From positions 1 to 41,844 of the forward strand of contig CAJWCD010000010.1 in the NCBI GenBank assembly GCA_913020725.1: a stretch of DNA of 41,844 bases. Reading direction: 5' to 3'. Each line of letters begins with the position of its first letter. Within the stretch, counting starts at the first letter, position 1. Below are positions 37,465 to 41,844 of the stretch, one piece after another. The DNA is from an uncultured Pseudomonadota bacterium. GTDB taxonomy: Bacteria; SAR324; NAC60-12. The position numbers were made by a program, and so were the translations under genes. The notes beneath the pieces are model-generated. The model worked only from the letters and a program-made list of their open reading frames with translations, had not been told where the DNA came from and ran no database searches.

Positions 37465-38298
37465 GTGACGATTCTCGCAACAATGACCGCTTCGGAAACC
37501 AGCTTGCTGTGGCGGGCCTTGCAGTGCCTGCTGGAGCCTAACCCGGAGGCCAAGGTGCAAGCAATTCGGCAGCTATGCCAAGCATGGCAGCGCGGTGACT
37601 TGTCGCTACAACCGATGAATCACGAACCGCCTGAAATTCCCGGACGCCCCGACCTTCCGGAACTGGTCGCGCCACGAGAGTTGCCGAAACGAAAACTTGG
37701 TTCTCTCCAAGGACGGGCCGCGCTACTGCACGCCTTGGCCCACATCGAGTTCAACGCTATCAACCTCGCCTGCGATGCGATCTGTCGATTTCCCGGAATG
37801 CCCCGCGAGTATTACGCGGACTGGCTCCAGGTGGCGGACGAGGAAGCCCTGCACTTCACGCTTTTGCAACAGCGGCTCCAAGCTTACGATTGCGCGTATG
37901 GTGATTTTCCCGCACACAACGGACTCTGGATGATGGCCATGCAAACCGCAGCGGATTTGCTCCACCGCATGGCCTTGGTGCCAAGGGTGCTGGAAGCTCG
38001 CGGATTGGATGTCACCCCCGGAATGATCGAGAAATTTTCAGCGCTTGGAGATGAGGAAACAGCGGAAGTGCTGCGCGTGATTTTTCGTGACGAGATCACG
38101 CATGTCGCGATCGGCACCCGCTGGTTTCAGCACCTTTGCACCTTGCAAAACCTGGATCCGGAAGCAACTTACTTTCGGCTCCTGAAGCAGTATTTGCGAA
38201 ATGCGGTGCATGGCCCTTTTCACCGCAGCGCCCGGATGCAAGCGGGGTTCACCGAATCCGAATTGGACCGACTCGAACAAGTCGCAACCTCCGCCTGA
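37465..38298 (+). CDS. Ferritin-like domain protein (DUF455)
   Basis: LHALAHIEFNAINLA, EEALHF, LEARGLD and DEITHV diiron-type motifs. Confidence 0.9.
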   Translation: MTILATMTASETSLLWRALQCLLEPNPEAKVQAIRQLCQAWQRGDLSLQPMNHEPPEIPGRPDLPELVAPRELPKRKLGSLQGRAALLHALAHIEFNAINLACDAICRFPGMPREYYADWLQVADEEALHFTLLQQRLQAYDCAYGDFPAHNGLWMMAMQTAADLLHRMALVPRVLEARGLDVTPGMIEKFSALGDEETAEVLRVIFRDEITHVAIGTRWFQHLCTLQNLDPEATYFRLLKQYLRNAVHGPFHRSARMQAGFTESELDRLEQVATSA

Positions 38299-38319
38299 CG
38301 TCTCTCAAAAATCTGCTTG

Positions 38320-39642
38320 ATGACAATCCTACCCCACGTTCTTGGCCAACGCCTAAACCGCCAGTTCCGTCCCGGAGGCAAGGTGTTCTATGGCTGGTGG
38401 ATTGTTGGTGCCGCCTGCGGAGTGCAGTGGCTGGCGGGGATGTTGTGGGTCCATTCCTACGGAGCCTACACGGTGCTGCTGCACGAGGAGTTCGGCTGGA
38501 GCATGACCGCCCTCTCCGGTGCCTTTGCCCTGACCCGCGTGGAGTCCGGCATTCTCGGCCCGCTTCAGGGCTGGATGGTGGATCGCTATGGCCCCCGGAT
38601 CATCCTCACCATCGGTACCCTGCTGTTCGGTTTGGGTTTCCTCTGGTTCAGCCAGATTGACTCTCTTCTGAGCTTTTACCTCGCCTTTTTCGTGCTGGCA
38701 CTGGGTGCGAGCTTGGGTGGATTCTTCACCCTGATGGTTGCCATCGTCAATTGGTTTGATCGCCACCGTGCCTCGGCGGTGGCCTTTGCGCAGATGGGTT
38801 TTTCCTTTGGCGGTCTCAGCCTCCCACTGTTGGTTTTCGGGTTGGAACGCTACGGCTGGCGAGTGATGGCGATTTTCTCAGGAGTTCTGATTCTGGTGGT
38901 TGGGCTGCCGCTGGTGCAACTGATCCACCACCGCCCTTCGCAAATCGGGGAGCATCCGGATGGCATCGCCCCGGATGCGGAGGACGAGCATGGTCACGGT
39001 TCCCCAAAAAACCGCTTGCCGTTCACCTGGCAGCAAGCCGTGAAAACCCCATCGTTCTGGCTGCTTTCCGCCGGGCACGGCATTGCGTTGCTCACGGTGT
39101 CCACCGTCATTGTCCACACCATCCCCCACCTGACGAACGGATTCGGCCACTCGCTGGCCGTGGCCGGAGTCTGGTTTGGCATCATGACGGGGTTCCAGTT
39201 TTTGGGACAGTTCGTTGGCGGACCGCTCGGGGACCGCTTCAACAAGCGGTTCCTCTGCGTGGGGTGCATGGTCGGCCACGGCATGGGGTTGTACCTGCTG
39301 ACTTATGCGGACAGTCTGCTCATGATCGGAGGATTTGCTGCATTGCACGGCATTGCGTGGGGCATCCGGGGGCCGCTGATGGTGGCCATTCGTGCGGACT
39401 ACTTTGGTTCCAAATCTTTCGGCATGATCACGGGCATCTCCTCAATGGTCGTGATGATGGGCATGATGAGTGGGCCGATCTTCTGCGGGGTGCTGGTGGA
39501 CCATTTCGGTAATTACGAAATCGCCTTTTCCCTGATTGCCGGGTCGTCGTTACTCGGCAGTTTGTGCTTTTGGCTAGCCACGCCCCCCCACGCTTCGACT
39601 ACTTCCCCAACGGGTCTGGCCACCGCTAGTACTGTAAAATAA
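38320..39642 (+). CDS. MFS transporter
   Basis: FYGWWIV start, GWMVDRYGPR and GPLGDRFNKR motif A loops, about 12 hydrophobic segments. Confidence 0.92.
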   Translation: MTILPHVLGQRLNRQFRPGGKVFYGWWIVGAACGVQWLAGMLWVHSYGAYTVLLHEEFGWSMTALSGAFALTRVESGILGPLQGWMVDRYGPRIILTIGTLLFGLGFLWFSQIDSLLSFYLAFFVLALGASLGGFFTLMVAIVNWFDRHRASAVAFAQMGFSFGGLSLPLLVFGLERYGWRVMAIFSGVLILVVGLPLVQLIHHRPSQIGEHPDGIAPDAEDEHGHGSPKNRLPFTWQQAVKTPSFWLLSAGHGIALLTVSTVIVHTIPHLTNGFGHSLAVAGVWFGIMTGFQFLGQFVGGPLGDRFNKRFLCVGCMVGHGMGLYLLTYADSLLMIGGFAALHGIAWGIRGPLMVAIRADYFGSKSFGMITGISSMVVMMGMMSGPIFCGVLVDHFGNYEIAFSLIAGSSLLGSLCFWLATPPHASTTSPTGLATASTVK

Positions 39643-39801
39643 TGCATTTTCAAGACGATGAGATTTCTGCAACGCCCCGCGCTGTTGCTCTTCAGCTTCG
39701 CCACGGGGGTCGGCATGTTGGAGCATGGGCTGCTCTTACAACTCCAGCCGCAGTGGACCGCGCAAGTTCTGCAAGCCTTTGCTCTGGGGGAGGCTGACTG
39801 A

Positions 39802-39828
39802 CCGGAGGAGTGCCGGCTCCTCCTCCGG
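39802..39828. terminator. Hairpin between the convergent MFS operon and phoX
   Basis: CCGGAGGAG-N9-CTCCTCCGG, a perfect 9-bp stem with no strong U-tract. Confidence 0.45.
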
Positions 39829-39900
39829 ATCGGTCAACTTACTGGCCGTTTTGTCCCATTGATATGCGCAATGGAGCGCAGTTGGAGAGAGGCTGGGTGG

Positions 39901-41781
39901 TTAGACCATGCGCCTACCACTGTCATTGGTTACGGCAATAATCGAAGAGCGTGGAACCGTGTTCTTACCTCCGGGAAAGTGGGACTCCCCTCTAGGATGC
40001 TGTATACCGACGAACATGGTTTTCCCGTCTTCGCTCCAAGTGAGTCCGGTGATTTCGCACTCATTCGGACCGACCAGGAATCGCTTGATCTCGCCAGTCT
40101 CTGTGTCGCCGAGTAGCATCTGGTTGTTGCCCTGTCCGGCAAAGTCTTTCGCGTTGGAGTAATTGCCATCGGTTTGAATCCAAAGACCCCCTTGTGTGTC
40201 AAATGACAGTCCATCAGGAGAGTTAAACATGTTGTCTGCGCTTATGTTAGATGAACCGGCATTCGCATCAGAGTGTACAGTTGGATTACCAGCCATAACA
40301 TACAAATTCCAATTAAACCTTGTGGAGGTATGGTCTCCTTTGTCCGGAACCCAACGGACGATCTGGCCGTAGAGGTTGCCCTTGCGGGGATTGGGACCGC
40401 CCACCGGGGTGGCGTCTCCACCCGCGTTGGGTTTCTTCCCCCGATTCTTGTTGTTGGTCAGGCAGCAGTAGGCTTCCACTTTGGTTGGATTTACAGCGAT
40501 CCACTCCGGTCTGTCCATTGTGGTAGCGCCAGCTGCGGATGCGGCCTGACGGGTCAGTACACAGATTTCAGCCTGCGACGCCATCCCGGTGGATTCTGGT
40601 GTTAGCTCGACCCACTCACCTCTTCCATTTTCACTAAACTTAGCAACATAAAGACGACCATTTTCCAACAAATCTGAGTTATTGCTTCCTTGAACATATT
40701 TCTTTTCCGAAACAAACTTATAAAGGAACTCCCCCCGCTCATCGTCGCCAGAATAAGCAACAACATGACCATTGCTCGCCACGACAACTGCTGCGTTCTC
40801 ATGCTTGAACCTACCTAGCGCTGTGCGCTTCTTCGGAGTTGAGGAAGGGTCGGTAGGGTCAATCTCGACCACATACCCAGCGCGGTTCGGCTCATTGGGG
40901 TGCTTACTGATGTCGAAGCGTTCATCCGTCGTCGCCCAGGCATAGCCCCTGTCCTTGTTTTTAATCCCGTAGCGCTTCATTTCCGCTGATCGGGAATAAC
41001 TTTTGTCGCTGCTGGAGAAGTAGCCGTTGAAGTTCTCTTCGCAGGCAAGGTAGGTTCCCCACGGGGTGCGACCGTTGGCGCAGTTGTTCCAAGTGCCCAA
41101 AGATCGAGTTCCTAACGGGTCGGCAGCGGTCTTCAAGAGGTCGTGTCCCCGTGCAGGTCCGGTAATCTCCATCGGAGTGTCTGGAGTGATCTTGCGGTTA
41201 TAGGGGGAGTCCTTGACGATGTGCCAGCGCCCGTTCTCCTGCTTGATCTCCATGACCGTAACCCCGTGTGCGGCTTTGCCCTTACGTACGTCGTCCGCGT
41301 TTTCCGGGAGCTTCGAGGCGCGGTTGCCATACATAATTTTGACGTTCGTATACTCTTGGTTGACGGTGAGGATGGAATGGCCTTCATGGTTGAAGAGACT
41401 CATGGCGTCAGTATTGTCCCCGACCGCCTTTTCTTGGCTCACACCAGTTCCGCGAGTTGTATGATTGAACCACGTGCCATCCGACCACAACGGGTCACCC
41501 CACGAGGCCACGACGTGCCAACTGTATCCCCGAGGCACGGTCACGGTGTCCAGAGTGTTGGCAGCGATCGGTTCGAAGTCCAGCAGTCGGCTTGCTGCAC
41601 TTGCCCGCTTTGGGGTCAGGAGCCCGGTGCTCATCAGGAAGGCCGAGGTTCCCAAAGCCGTTGCTCCGCCAAGAAATCCGCGCCGGGAGAGCATCTTGTC
41701 TACAATCTGTTCAAAATCTGTGACGTCTTCTCGTGAATTATTGATCTCATTAGACTCGTCTAAGTTTTTTTCGTGTGTCAT
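39901..41781 (-). CDS. phoX: PhoX-family alkaline phosphatase, Tat-exported
   Basis: SRRGFLGG Tat motif, NCANGRTPWGTYLACEEN, GRFKHE, MDRPE, NSPDGL, CEITG and IQHP motifs; AGGAGG RBS. Confidence 0.95.
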   Translation of the reverse strand: MTHEKNLDESNEINNSREDVTDFEQIVDKMLSRRGFLGGATALGTSAFLMSTGLLTPKRASAASRLLDFEPIAANTLDTVTVPRGYSWHVVASWGDPLWSDGTWFNHTTRGTGVSQEKAVGDNTDAMSLFNHEGHSILTVNQEYTNVKIMYGNRASKLPENADDVRKGKAAHGVTVMEIKQENGRWHIVKDSPYNRKITPDTPMEITGPARGHDLLKTAADPLGTRSLGTWNNCANGRTPWGTYLACEENFNGYFSSSDKSYSRSAEMKRYGIKNKDRGYAWATTDERFDISKHPNEPNRAGYVVEIDPTDPSSTPKKRTALGRFKHENAAVVVASNGHVVAYSGDDERGEFLYKFVSEKKYVQGSNNSDLLENGRLYVAKFSENGRGEWVELTPESTGMASQAEICVLTRQAASAAGATTMDRPEWIAVNPTKVEAYCCLTNNKNRGKKPNAGGDATPVGGPNPRKGNLYGQIVRWVPDKGDHTSTRFNWNLYVMAGNPTVHSDANAGSSNISADNMFNSPDGLSFDTQGGLWIQTDGNYSNAKDFAGQGNNQMLLGDTETGEIKRFLVGPNECEITGLTWSEDGKTMFVGIQHPRGESHFPGGKNTVPRSSIIAVTNDSGRRMV

Positions 41782-41844
41782 TAAGTCCTCCTAGTGTTCT
41801 GCCTAGATTAGAATTTAGAATTGTACTTTATCAGGGTTTGAGAG

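Noticed and set aside
41782..41844. Pho box upstream of phoX
   Set aside because: Only an ATTCTAA tandem is visible, with no CTGTCAT-like 11-bp-spaced repeats. The promoter may lie beyond the window edge.

Overview
Gene-dense bacterial chromosomal window of about 55-60% GC, with roughly 31 protein-coding genes. No rRNA, tRNA or CRISPR array was seen. The gene content would fit a marine deltaproteobacteria-like lineage such as SAR324, but this is inference only. From left to right: a frameshifted IS30-family transposase remnant with its terminal repeat; an SDR; a metK-ptsH-aroE-xseA operon; a three-gene cobalt nitrile-hydratase-superfamily cluster with thiocyanate-hydrolase (scnBAC) architecture followed by an RpiR regulator; a 2-hydroxyacid dehydrogenase; a LigA/LigB-type dioxygenase pair plus a 4-coumarate-CoA-ligase-like gene; a DUF1800/DUF1501 pair whose DUF1800 carries a ~340 aa insert with a carbohydrate-binding-like module; a cold-shock gene; a frameshifted lipoprotein ending in a CxxCH motif; envelope genes (SH3 plus serine hydrolase, peptide-binding protein, SPOR protein); coaX, birA and an orphan gspK; class II ribonucleotide reductase nrdJ with a long structured leader; hemW; a second SDR; a two-subunit NAD-dependent formate dehydrogenase with mobB; an old yellow enzyme; DUF455; an MFS transporter; and a compositionally mosaic phoX. 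The best candidates for undescribed biology are the SCNase-like enzyme with a hybrid substrate pocket, the DUF1800-insert/DUF1501 exported pair, the multi-stem RNA upstream of nrdJ and the C-terminal-heme lipoprotein. Family calls come from motif recognition by eye, not database searches. Several start codons were moved from the ORF track.
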